From contig DHPR01000011.1 of NCBI GenBank assembly GCA_002410925.1, positions 11,676 through 75,675 on the forward strand: DNA of 64,000 nt, in the 5' to 3' direction. Made by a program: the position numbers and the translations under genes. How positions within the stretch are numbered: position 1 is the stretch's first letter; the number at the start of each line of letters is the position of its first letter. Below the pieces are notes generated by a model that was given only the letters and a program-made list of their open reading frames with translations, did no database searches and had not been told where the DNA came from. Below, one piece after another: positions 18,823 to 27,527 of this stretch. The stretch comes from a bacterium UBP13_UBA5359. Its GTDB lineage: Bacteria; UBP13; UBA5359.

Positions 18823-19650
18823 CTACTCTGCTTCTTCCATTGCAGACAGCATAGCCGACTGTATTACCAAACGTTCCTTCATCTCCGATACGGAGATAAA
18901 TCTGTCGCCCAAATTGTATGACAACGCTTTCATCACTATATTGCTTGTTCCGGGAGTCAGCTCCGGCCTCAGTTCAAACGGAGCAGCAACGCTGACGTTA
19001 GGCTGGCGCCTCTCCAGCTTTCTACCGGTAAGCAGGTAATACATAGTGGCTCCCAGGGAATAAATATCCGAGCGCGGTCCAACATGCCCCACAAATTGCT
19101 CCGGCGCAGCATAACCTGGCGTCCCTCCCGTATGATCGGAAGAGCCGTTCCTATAGAATCCGGCCAAACCCAGATCTACCAGGTGAACGACACCATTATC
19201 ATCCAATAACATATTGCTGGGTTTGAGATCAGCCACCACTACCGGCACCGGCAGGCTATGCAAATAGGCCAGCACCTCCGCCATCTGTATGGCCCAATTC
19301 AGAACATTCCTCTCCGGCGGTAATGAATGCTCTTTTACCACATCTTTCAAACTGACACCCTGAATAAATTGCCGTACCATATAATGCCTGCCCCAGATGG
19401 AAAACCTCTCCTTTAAAGCCGGTATTCTGGGATGGTTCAAATATGATAAAATAGCACCCTCATGCCGTAAAGCTCTGATAGCCTGGCGGCCATTCCGCGG
19501 AAGAGCCTGCTTTACAGCCCATAAATCACCTGTCTTTATCTCTTCCGATTTATATACGGCACCAACGGCGCCTTGTCCCAATAACTGCAATATACGATAG
19601 CGTCGGCGCAGCACGCTGCCCGATGCCAATGTCACAGACAATACCTTCAC
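18823..19650 (-). CDS. Stand-alone Hanks-type Ser/Thr protein kinase (kinase domain only, non-RD)
   Basis: The G-loop is GQGAVGAVY, and the VAIK-like motif is WAVKQ. The catalytic loop is VVADLKPSN (HRD replaced by VAD), the DFG-like motif is DLG, and the APE motif is YAAPEQ. There is no TM or sensor domain. Confidence 0.8.
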   Translation of the reverse strand: MKVLSVTLASGSVLRRRYRILQLLGQGAVGAVYKSEEIKTGDLWAVKQALPRNGRQAIRALRHEGAILSYLNHPRIPALKERFSIWGRHYMVRQFIQGVSLKDVVKEHSLPPERNVLNWAIQMAEVLAYLHSLPVPVVVADLKPSNMLLDDNGVVHLVDLGLAGFYRNGSSDHTGGTPGYAAPEQFVGHVGPRSDIYSLGATMYYLLTGRKLERRQPNVSVAAPFELRPELTPGTSNIVMKALSYNLGDRFISVSEMKERLVIQSAMLSAMEEAE

Positions 19651-19667
19651 CTGCCTTAAGACTCCGG

Positions 19668-20342
19668 TTAATCCCGGTATATCCGGGTCATTATCCCGGA
19701 AGCCTTGCTCCTTATTCTGGCTAAGGCATTGTCTACAGATTTCTTAGATCTGCTTATCTCGGCAGCAATTTGCTTGTAGCTCTTACCATCGATGTAGGAA
19801 AGAAGCACTCTCTGTTCCAGAGGCGACAGAGCTTCCTCCAGATTGATTTTCAAAAGCCTGATAAACTCAGAGCTTATAAGCAACGTTTCAGGATCATCAC
19901 TACCGGCAACAGCCAGATACTCATGCATCGCTTTATCTTCATTATCGCCATCGTATGAGGCGTCAATCGATCTGGAAGTGTTGAGCGGTACATGCTTACG
20001 CCTGTTGGCTCCTTTTACGGCTGTAAGAACCTGGCGCCGGATGCAGAGACCGGCAAAAAAATGAAAAGATGAATGCTTCCGGGGGTCATAATCCCTGATA
20101 GCGCTTAAAAGGCCGATCATTCCCTCCTGCATCAGGTCCTCACGCTCGGCTCCTCTGAGATAATATGATCTTATATTTCTGTAAACAAGGCCCCTGTATT
20201 TATTTAAAATATATTCACAGGCACGCTCGTTGCCGCCGGCGGCGGCATACACAACCTCCTCTTCAGGCAATTCTGACCAGGGATTTATTCGATTATCGGA
20301 ATATACCAACCAATAGGCTATATCCTCTTTCGCCATTCGCAT
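19668..20342 (-). CDS. sigH: Sigma-70 family sigma factor, SigH-like
   Basis: The block REDLMQEGMIGLLSAIRDYDPRKHSSFHFFAGLCIRRQVLTAVKGANRRKHVPLN closely follows the conserved SigH region 2 to linker sequence of Firmicutes. The region 4 HTH reads SYKQIAAEISRSKKSVDNAL. Confidence 0.7.
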   Translation of the reverse strand: MRMAKEDIAYWLVYSDNRINPWSELPEEEVVYAAAGGNERACEYILNKYRGLVYRNIRSYYLRGAEREDLMQEGMIGLLSAIRDYDPRKHSSFHFFAGLCIRRQVLTAVKGANRRKHVPLNTSRSIDASYDGDNEDKAMHEYLAVAGSDDPETLLISSEFIRLLKINLEEALSPLEQRVLLSYIDGKSYKQIAAEISRSKKSVDNALARIRSKASGIMTRIYRD

Positions 20343-20366
20343 GGTAAACTCCTTCCATTAACTAAC

Positions 20367-21485
20367 TTAACGCTGCCAGAACAACCTGATAGGATCGGTT
20401 GCCACCGATGATATTAAGATTTCAACCTCGCCGCTAAGCCTTTGCTGCAGGCTATCCCTAAGCCTGAAAACAACCGGTCTCTCCGTAGCGGCATGCCCTG
20501 CATCAATCAATGCCAAGCCCAGAGCTTCCGCCTGCTGAGCCTCATGATACTTAATATCACCGGTCAAAAGCAGGTCTGCCTGGCGATCTGCGGCACGCTC
20601 TATAAGCCTTCCTCCACCGCCGCCGCAAACCGCCACCCTTTTTATAATACGCTCTGCCTCTCCTACTATTTTCAGATATTCAACTCCCAGAAGGCTCTGA
20701 ATCTCTCCGGCCAGTTCATCCAGGCGTTTCTCCTGCGGTAACCGCCCGTAACGACCTAAACCACTCTCCACACCTGTTTGCAGCAACCGAAAAACGTCAT
20801 AAGCCACCTCCTCATAAGGATGTGCCTTGCGCATAGCAGCTATCACTCTGTCCAGAGAGGAGGCAGGAACTATGGTTTCCAGCCTATATTCATCCACCTC
20901 CTCCAGACGCCCTACTTCTCCAAGATAAGGCTGTGCCTCTTCCAAAGGCTTGAATGTACCCGTCCCTCTGGTCATAAAAGTGCAATGGCTATACCGCCCA
21001 ATATGCCCCGTGCCGACATCAGAAACAGCCTCTCTGACCGCATTGACGGCATCGACGGGAACAAATACGATCAGCTTGAAGAGAGCTTCAGCTTCTGTTC
21101 GCTGTAATACCCTGAGCTCCAGCAGACCGAGCAGCTCCGCCAGAGTATCATTGACGCCGCCGGCGGCGGCATCAAGATTGGTATGAGCTGAAATAAGAGC
21201 TATATCGTGACTGATGAGAACTGATAAAGCTGCTCCTACAGGGCTGTCTGAACGCAGAGTCGCTAAAGGTTTGAAGATAAGAGGATGATGGCTTATTATG
21301 GCCTGAACATCCTGCTGTACAGCCTCCTCAGCCACCGCACCATTGATATCCAAAGTCAGCATTATGCGATCGATATTCTTTTCGGGGTGGCCCGTCTGTA
21401 AGCCCGTGTTATCCCATTCGGAGGCCAGCCTGGATGGAGCCAATTCCTCCATGATACGTAATAGCCTTTTAACCTTTACAGCCAT
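20367..21485 (-). CDS. Nif3-like dinuclear metal centre protein (YqfO/GTP cyclohydrolase 1 type 2 homologue)
   Basis: The motif IISHHPLIFKPL is present, along with an inserted PII-like domain and the C-terminal motif IDAGHAATE. Confidence 0.85.
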   Translation of the reverse strand: MAVKVKRLLRIMEELAPSRLASEWDNTGLQTGHPEKNIDRIMLTLDINGAVAEEAVQQDVQAIISHHPLIFKPLATLRSDSPVGAALSVLISHDIALISAHTNLDAAAGGVNDTLAELLGLLELRVLQRTEAEALFKLIVFVPVDAVNAVREAVSDVGTGHIGRYSHCTFMTRGTGTFKPLEEAQPYLGEVGRLEEVDEYRLETIVPASSLDRVIAAMRKAHPYEEVAYDVFRLLQTGVESGLGRYGRLPQEKRLDELAGEIQSLLGVEYLKIVGEAERIIKRVAVCGGGGGRLIERAADRQADLLLTGDIKYHEAQQAEALGLALIDAGHAATERPVVFRLRDSLQQRLSGEVEILISSVATDPIRLFWQR

Positions 21486-21561
21486 CTTCCACCTCTTTTA
21501 TAGACGGAATAGAACCCGCCTGCTATCTTTTCATAACAAGCAATGCATCGCTGGCAAGACA

Positions 21562-21880
21562 CTATAGTCCTTCTGCAGAAGAATTCGCTGCTCTGTCGCC
21601 CGCGTATAGATTACCGGAGTCGCCACTATCAAGCCTCATAGCGCCAATTGCGTCCATGCCGTGCATCAGGCACGCCGGTTCAGTAAAGGTTGTGCCGATG
21701 CCCTATCCTTTGCGCTCTCCATCTACAACTACCGGCAGCAAACGATTATCAGCAGCCTCGCCTATAGCGGGCCTGGAGGTCGGAGATAAAAGCCCTCCTT
21801 TGAAGCCTTCCTGCTTTGATCTTACCCAGATACTGCCGTTCTTAAGCAATCCGGAACCACCGGTCAGAGCCTGAAAAACA
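21562..21880 (-). pseudogene. Relic of a phosphodiester glycosidase (NAGPA-domain) gene, C-terminal fragment with in-frame stop
   Basis: The reverse strand reads ALTGGSGLLKNGSI...SRPAIGEAADNRLLPVVVDGERKG*GIGTTFTEPACLMHGMDAIGAMRLDSGDSGNLY. This follows the NAGPA pattern (prtaiG...lllvvvDGR...Gmtl.ela.lm..lGa..AlnLDGGGS). No intact ORF is present. Confidence 0.4.
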
Positions 21881-22016
21881 CCCTCCAGTCATCTCCCAAA
21901 GAGAACTGTATCTGCCATTGTCACGCCGATAAGCGTCGAGAATCGAAGTAGGCTTTTATTATACTACGAATAAAAGCGGTTGTCTGTTTCGCTGAGCTAT
22001 CTTCATTAAAAAGATA

Positions 22017-22706
22017 TCAGGTATGGGAAAGCGATATTAATCTCCTGACAATAGCGTCAGGGCTGGTAACTGCTTTGCCGATAACTACGGCACCGGCTCC
22101 CATTGAAAAAGCATGGCGGATATCCTGCGGCGTCCAGTAACGCCCTTCAGCCACTACTTTAGCGCTTCCTTTGGCTATATCGAACAGGCTCCGTACCAAT
22201 TCAAAATCGGGTGGATCATTGGGCTGAGCGTAACCGCTCGCTTCTCTATAGCCGGATAACGTTGTCGCAACCGCGTCGCAACCTGCTGCAACGGCACGTC
22301 TGCCCTCTTCCAAAACCGCAACATCAGCCATGATAGCCGCACCGGCAGCATGCACGCTGTTTATCAGCTTCAACAAATCCTTATCTGAGGAATAAGCGGC
22401 TATTTCGAAAGCTATTATTAAAGCCCCCGCTTCTATTATTTCCATAGCGCTCTCCTCCGTAGGCGTTATGACCGTACTGCCGCTGCAATCCCGCTTATAG
22501 ATACCGATAATCGGTACGCTTATCATGCGTCTTATGGCAGCAATGTTCAAAGGGTTATCAGCTCGCACGGCAACGGCGCCGCCTCTTTCTGCAGAGGCGG
22601 CCAGAGCCGCCAGAAGCGGCGGCTCATTAAGAGGGCTGTCCGACTCGGCCTGACAGGAAATTATAATTCCATCCGGTACTTCTACAGACAAATCTTTTTT
22701 ACCCAT
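22017..22706 (-). CDS. nanE: N-acetylmannosamine-6-phosphate 2-epimerase
   Basis: The blocks IISCQA, PIIGIYKRD, ITPT, IMADV, TTLSGY, PDFELV, AEGRYWTP and GAGAVVIGKAVT match NanE family blocks. Confidence 0.8.
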   Translation of the reverse strand: MGKKDLSVEVPDGIIISCQAESDSPLNEPPLLAALAASAERGGAVAVRADNPLNIAAIRRMISVPIIGIYKRDCSGSTVITPTEESAMEIIEAGALIIAFEIAAYSSDKDLLKLINSVHAAGAAIMADVAVLEEGRRAVAAGCDAVATTLSGYREASGYAQPNDPPDFELVRSLFDIAKGSAKVVAEGRYWTPQDIRHAFSMGAGAVVIGKAVTSPDAIVRRLISLSHT

Positions 22707-22842
22707 TCCTTATCTCCTGCTTCTCTTCAGCCGGCTTGTTGCGCCGCCTTTACATCCACAACCCTTGACAGAGAAATGCTCTCTCTTGCAAGTAGCGACA
22801 CGCTGTTTTCCATGCAAAGGTTTTCAGGTGTTATTCTAATTG

Positions 22843-25527
22843 TCACAGATCAATTTCAAAACTATGATTGCCGGCACCCACCTCATAAATAGAACGCCGT
22901 TTTTTCTCCCATACTTTGCCTGTACCGAAAAAGGCCTCTGTCTCATCTGCCGGCAAACAGATCGTCGCAGTGGTATTTACCGGGATGCCGATATCAAATA
23001 CCACCTTCTTTCCTTCTTTTCGCCAGTTACTATAAATCCTACCGCGCACAGACCTATACTCGGCCTGAACAAATTCCAGGTCTTGCACCGGATTAGGTCT
23101 GATTATTATATGCTCAAAGCCGGGATACAGCGGATCGGCATTTATTCCCGCCAACCCCTGATAGAACCATGCGCTGATATCTCCGAACATTATATGATTT
23201 CTGGAGTTCTCTCCGTTCCAGTTCTCCCATAACGTGGATGCCCCCTGTTTTATCCAGTAGCCCCACCCGGGATAATCCATGCCGGCAGCAAGATGGTAAG
23301 CTATATCAGCCCAGCCATTATCTGTCAGAACTCTAAGCAGGTATTTGGCACCCATGATTCCGGTATCCAGCCGCCAGCCGCCAGTCTCGATCTTTTGCAA
23401 CAGGCGTTGTAAAACCGCCGATTTATATCTATCCTTTACCAGGCCGTGATACAGAGCGCAACAAAAAGAGGTCTGGCTTCCATTGCCGTATCGGCCGATG
23501 GTCGGATCGAAAAACTTTTTATCAAAAGCATTTTGGATCTCTTGAGCCAGGCAGACGTAATTCTCCTTATCCTCATGCAGACCCAGCATGCCTGCTATGC
23601 GTGATAAAAGAATGGTATCCGAATAGTAATACGCTGTAGAAAGAAGCTCTACCGGAGTTTCTTCCCCTGCCGGGCACCAGTCTCCCAATCCACCGTAAAT
23701 TATATAATCATCAGCCATTCTACTCATGCAATCCACATAACGACGCATCTGCCGATAATTATCTTTTAGAATCCTCTTATCGCCATAATAAATGAACATA
23801 TACCAGGGTATCAGAACCACAGCACTGTCCCAGGCCGGACAGATATTACCGCGCTCTTCAAACTGGCCCCATCCGCCTGTCGGAACTATCACCGGCAACG
23901 CCCCGTTATCACGCTGTGCATCACACAGATCAGCCATCCACTTGGTATAAACAACGGCAACGTCAAAATTCATAATTCCCTGCTCTGCCGCCAGATGAGC
24001 ATCTCCAGTCCAACCATTCTTCTCTCTATGCGGGCAATCGGTAGGGTAGCCTATAAGATTGCTGGCATATGACCATAAAGAGTTACGCCAGACTTTATTC
24101 AACATCTTATTTGAGCAGAAAAAACGTCCAGCCCGCTCAACAGCTGTATTGATAGCCAGCCCGCATAGATCATCGAGCTTCGGTTTTTCAGTCAGACCTC
24201 TAACTTCTACATATTGGAAGCCGTGATAGGTAAAGCTGGAAGCCCATGTCTCCGTTTGATCGCCTTTGAGTATGTATTCGTCCGTTTGAAACCGGCGTGC
24301 GGGATCTCCCAGCTTTACATACTGCGCTATATTTTCCTGATCGAGCGTTCCATCCTTGTTCAACCTTTCGCCGTATTTAAGTGTTACCTTCACTCCACGT
24401 GGTCCGCGCACTGTCAACCTGACACAACCGGCAAAATTCTGCCCCATATCGTAAATATAAGTGTCCGGCGAAGGCTCGGCAAGGCTTACCGGATTCATAA
24501 TCATCATAACGCTGGCTGGAGCCATGAGCATAGCCTTAAGAGCTCCGGCTGGAGGCTCAACCATTTTTACACCGTTCCAGGCCGTATCGTCATAGCCGAC
24601 GATATCCCAGCCGGCCTTTTCCAGACGTGCATCGTATGTTTCGCCGCCATATATGCTGTTATAGATTACAGGGCCGGCAGTTGTTTTCCACTCGCTGCCG
24701 CTGCTTACAATCTCACTTCCGCCATCGGTATACTCTATTCGCATCTCCAGTAAAAACCTTGGTGATGCACGCCAGGGCGCCTTATGAAAATCCCATTCAG
24801 CCTCGGTATGAACGTTATACCAGCCGTTTCCCAGGATAACGCCGACAGCATTATCACCCTCTGCGAGGCAGGAGGTTATATCATAGGTAACATAAAGTAC
24901 TCGTTTGTCATAGTTGGTGAAGGCCGGATCAAGAAGGCGCTCTCCTACTCTGACACCGTTAAGTCTCAATTCGTAATATCCCAGGCCGCAGATATACGCT
25001 CTGGCTCTTTTAATCCTGCTCTTTAACCTGAATTCATTTCTCAGCAGAGGAGCGCCCTCAAAAGAAGTATCGGTAGTCGCGGCTATCCATCGGCCATGCC
25101 AATCTTCCCGGTGGAGCAATCCCATCTCCCACCAGGCAGGCGGACTCTCCGGCAGAGAATGATTATCTCTGTCCCAGAGCATGACTTTCCACCAGGCACG
25201 TTGCCCGGACGATAAGGCCTGTCCGCCGTATTCCACGGATTGGAGACAACCGCCATCGACCTTTCCGCTATCCCATAAGTCATAATCACCGGTCTGTAAA
25301 CTATCCTTTGTGCTCGATACCATTATACGATAAGCCGATTGGCACTGGTTGCTCCCGGCCCCTTCAATGGACCAGCTTAACCTTGGACGAGAGATATCTA
25401 CTCCCAGAGGATTCTGCAGATATTCACACCTGAGATTTACCGGGTGCAAGGCCTTGCAGTCATCACAGCTGCCGATAAGTTTCTCATTTACTACATTTGT
25501 AAGGTTCATATTTCGCACCTTTTGCAT
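22843..25527 (-). CDS. Alpha-L-rhamnosidase (GH78)
   Basis: The N-terminus LRCEYLQNPLGVDISRPRLSWSI is present, together with an (alpha/alpha)6 core containing DCPHREKNGWTGD. Confidence 0.85.
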   Translation of the reverse strand: MQKVRNMNLTNVVNEKLIGSCDDCKALHPVNLRCEYLQNPLGVDISRPRLSWSIEGAGSNQCQSAYRIMVSSTKDSLQTGDYDLWDSGKVDGGCLQSVEYGGQALSSGQRAWWKVMLWDRDNHSLPESPPAWWEMGLLHREDWHGRWIAATTDTSFEGAPLLRNEFRLKSRIKRARAYICGLGYYELRLNGVRVGERLLDPAFTNYDKRVLYVTYDITSCLAEGDNAVGVILGNGWYNVHTEAEWDFHKAPWRASPRFLLEMRIEYTDGGSEIVSSGSEWKTTAGPVIYNSIYGGETYDARLEKAGWDIVGYDDTAWNGVKMVEPPAGALKAMLMAPASVMMIMNPVSLAEPSPDTYIYDMGQNFAGCVRLTVRGPRGVKVTLKYGERLNKDGTLDQENIAQYVKLGDPARRFQTDEYILKGDQTETWASSFTYHGFQYVEVRGLTEKPKLDDLCGLAINTAVERAGRFFCSNKMLNKVWRNSLWSYASNLIGYPTDCPHREKNGWTGDAHLAAEQGIMNFDVAVVYTKWMADLCDAQRDNGALPVIVPTGGWGQFEERGNICPAWDSAVVLIPWYMFIYYGDKRILKDNYRQMRRYVDCMSRMADDYIIYGGLGDWCPAGEETPVELLSTAYYYSDTILLSRIAGMLGLHEDKENYVCLAQEIQNAFDKKFFDPTIGRYGNGSQTSFCCALYHGLVKDRYKSAVLQRLLQKIETGGWRLDTGIMGAKYLLRVLTDNGWADIAYHLAAGMDYPGWGYWIKQGASTLWENWNGENSRNHIMFGDISAWFYQGLAGINADPLYPGFEHIIIRPNPVQDLEFVQAEYRSVRGRIYSNWRKEGKKVVFDIGIPVNTTATICLPADETEAFFGTGKVWEKKRRSIYEVGAGNHSFEIDL

Positions 25528-25912
25528 TATCGAAATCCTGCAATATAAATAGAGCTAAGGCTTCCTCTCCAATCCCATATCCATACTGTAATTACTACGC
25601 CGGATGACTCTTTCTGCCTTCCTCGCAAAAGATATCTGCAACACCTTCACAGTTACCGGTAAGATTGCCTGAGAGGATGCTAGCCTGGCCTTTTCCCGGC
25701 CAGGCTAAACCGGTAAAACCCATAAAAGATAGGGATAAAATTTATATGCTGATTATATCAAAAAGCAAGAAAAATAAAAGCACGCACATTAGCGCTTTCA
25801 TACACGTAACAGGCTCCCGCGGTTTACAGCCGGTTTTTCAAAACCTTCTTCACACAAACCTATATCTATGGTTTAATATCAGCGAACAATAGCCCGGAAG
25901 GAGACTGAACAA

Positions 25913-26626
25913 ATGATTCTACACCAGAAATACGCCGACAGCATAAACGAGGCTGTAGCCGTCTGCAACCTCTTATCAAGCCGAGGATATGTTACTGCAG
26001 AGGGCGGCAATCTGGCCGTAAGGCTGGAAGAGAATCTTCTGCTGATAACTCCCACCCGCCTTAACAAGGGTCTGATCCGTGATTGCGATATGGTCTTTAT
26101 AGATATGGAAGGCCGGATTATAGAGAGCACTCGCAAGCCGACCGGAGAAACGCCGATGTATCTTAGCATCTTCAGCCAGCGCCCCGATATCGGCAGCATC
26201 ATCCATGCGCACCCGCCGGCAGCCTGTGCCTTTGCCATTATAGATGATGATAATCCTTTGATGCGCCCCTTCTATCCGGAGATGGTCATCGATTGCGGCC
26301 CCGTACCGGTGGTGCCTTACGCCGAGCCGTTAACAGAGCAGCTGGCGGATAATTTCGCTTCCTTCCTGGATAAATACAACACCTTTATCATGGAAAACCA
26401 CGGCGTACTAGTGTTAAATCGCGGTGGAATAATGGAAGCTTACGGCAAGCTGGATTTGCTGGAGGGCACCTCTCGCAGCCTGCTCTATGCCAAAGGCGCA
26501 GGATTTGAGCTGAAAGAAATTTCCCGGCAGGAAGTTGGGAACCTGGAGAGGACCATGCAGACCAGAGGCATACCATTTACCGGAAGACCGGACGCAGTTA
26601 AAGGGCTGAAAGAGCTATATTATTAG
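25913..26626 (+). CDS. Class II aldolase/adducin-family protein (fuculose/rhamnulose-1-phosphate aldolase-like)
   Basis: The motifs GGNLAVR, PTGETPMYL and the metal-His cluster IIHAHPPAACAF are present. Confidence 0.8.
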   Translation: MILHQKYADSINEAVAVCNLLSSRGYVTAEGGNLAVRLEENLLLITPTRLNKGLIRDCDMVFIDMEGRIIESTRKPTGETPMYLSIFSQRPDIGSIIHAHPPAACAFAIIDDDNPLMRPFYPEMVIDCGPVPVVPYAEPLTEQLADNFASFLDKYNTFIMENHGVLVLNRGGIMEAYGKLDLLEGTSRSLLYAKGAGFELKEISRQEVGNLERTMQTRGIPFTGRPDAVKGLKELYY

Positions 26627-26706
26627 AGAATAAATCCCAAGCTCCATGTAAGAGTACACATAAGTTGTATGTGCCGGCTAGTATGGTAATGAGCTGCTTG
26701 CTAACG

Positions 26707-27138
26707 TCAATTAATGGTATACTTCCATTCTATTTCTATTCCCTCATCCAGCATCGCCCATACCGGACATATCCTTTCTTCCGCCTCCTTTATTGCCTTC
26801 TCAAAGGCAGAAGCGCTCAAGTTATTGCCCCTTATTTGATACTCCAGTTCCATTCTGGTCAGAATGGTTGGATGCTCATTCATACGACGCTGCCCGGTTA
26901 CAATAACATTTATATCGTCAACTTTAATTCCTGATTTGCCCAGAATATACTGAATAGTATGGATGCTGCAACCGGCCAGGCTTATCATTAGTAATTCTAT
27001 GGGGGTAAACCCGTTATCTTCTCCCAATGGTGATGAATAATCTATAGCTACAGTACTGGCTGAATGCCCCTTTCCAGTCAGCTGCATCTTTCCCTTTGCT
27101 TTGCCGACTTCCACTTTCAGTATTTTGATAGCATCCAT
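26707..27138 (-). CDS. OsmC/Ohr-family protein
   Basis: The protein is 143 aa. A Cys pair sits in LAGCSIHT and ERICPVW contexts, as is typical of OsmC. Confidence 0.7.
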   Translation of the reverse strand: MDAIKILKVEVGKAKGKMQLTGKGHSASTVAIDYSSPLGEDNGFTPIELLMISLAGCSIHTIQYILGKSGIKVDDINVIVTGQRRMNEHPTILTRMELEYQIRGNNLSASAFEKAIKEAEERICPVWAMLDEGIEIEWKYTIN

Positions 27139-27350
27139 ATTCCCTCTCTCCTTTCACATCTCCATGCGGCCATTATCTCTTAAAAAGAGCATATCGTAAA
27201 GTCAGTTGTCAAGCAAGCGGAAGATGGCATTGATTATGCCTTTACATTATCCAAAACATCTGTACACAATATCTGTTATAATAATGCTTCAGGATAGTGC
27301 TTGCTTGAGGGCTTCCAAAAATAACAGATGCACACCAAAGGAGAAGAAGC

Positions 27351-27527
27351 ATGGCAAACAGAGCTAATAGATGCGAAAGAGATGCCGTTTACGGCCTGGG
27401 TTTTATAGGAGCCGTGATTTATTACATTGCTCATGCCGGAACATTCTGGGCGGGAGTCCTGGGAATTCTTAAAGCAATAGTCTGGCCGGCAATTTTGGTT
27501 TATCTGGCTTTGGGAAGACTATCGTAA
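27351..27527 (+). CDS. Small (58-aa) two-helix membrane protein
   Basis: Below the ORF-track cutoff. An AAAGGAGAAG SD sits 5 nt before the ATG. The translation is MANRANRCERDAVYGLGFIGAVIYYIAHAGTFWAGVLGILKAIVWPAILVYLALGRLS. The 3' end overlaps the convergent hydrolase gene by 28 nt. Confidence 0.5.
   Translation: MANRANRCERDAVYGLGFIGAVIYYIAHAGTFWAGVLGILKAIVWPAILVYLALGRLS

Noticed and set aside
25681-25707. Perfect 10-bp stem / 7-nt loop hairpin (TAGCCTGGCC TTTTCCC GGCCAGGCTA) between the divergent rhamnosidase and aldolase genes
   Set aside because: It is not followed by a T-run on either strand, and it lies between divergent starts, so it is not a terminator. It might be an operator, but there is no supporting evidence.
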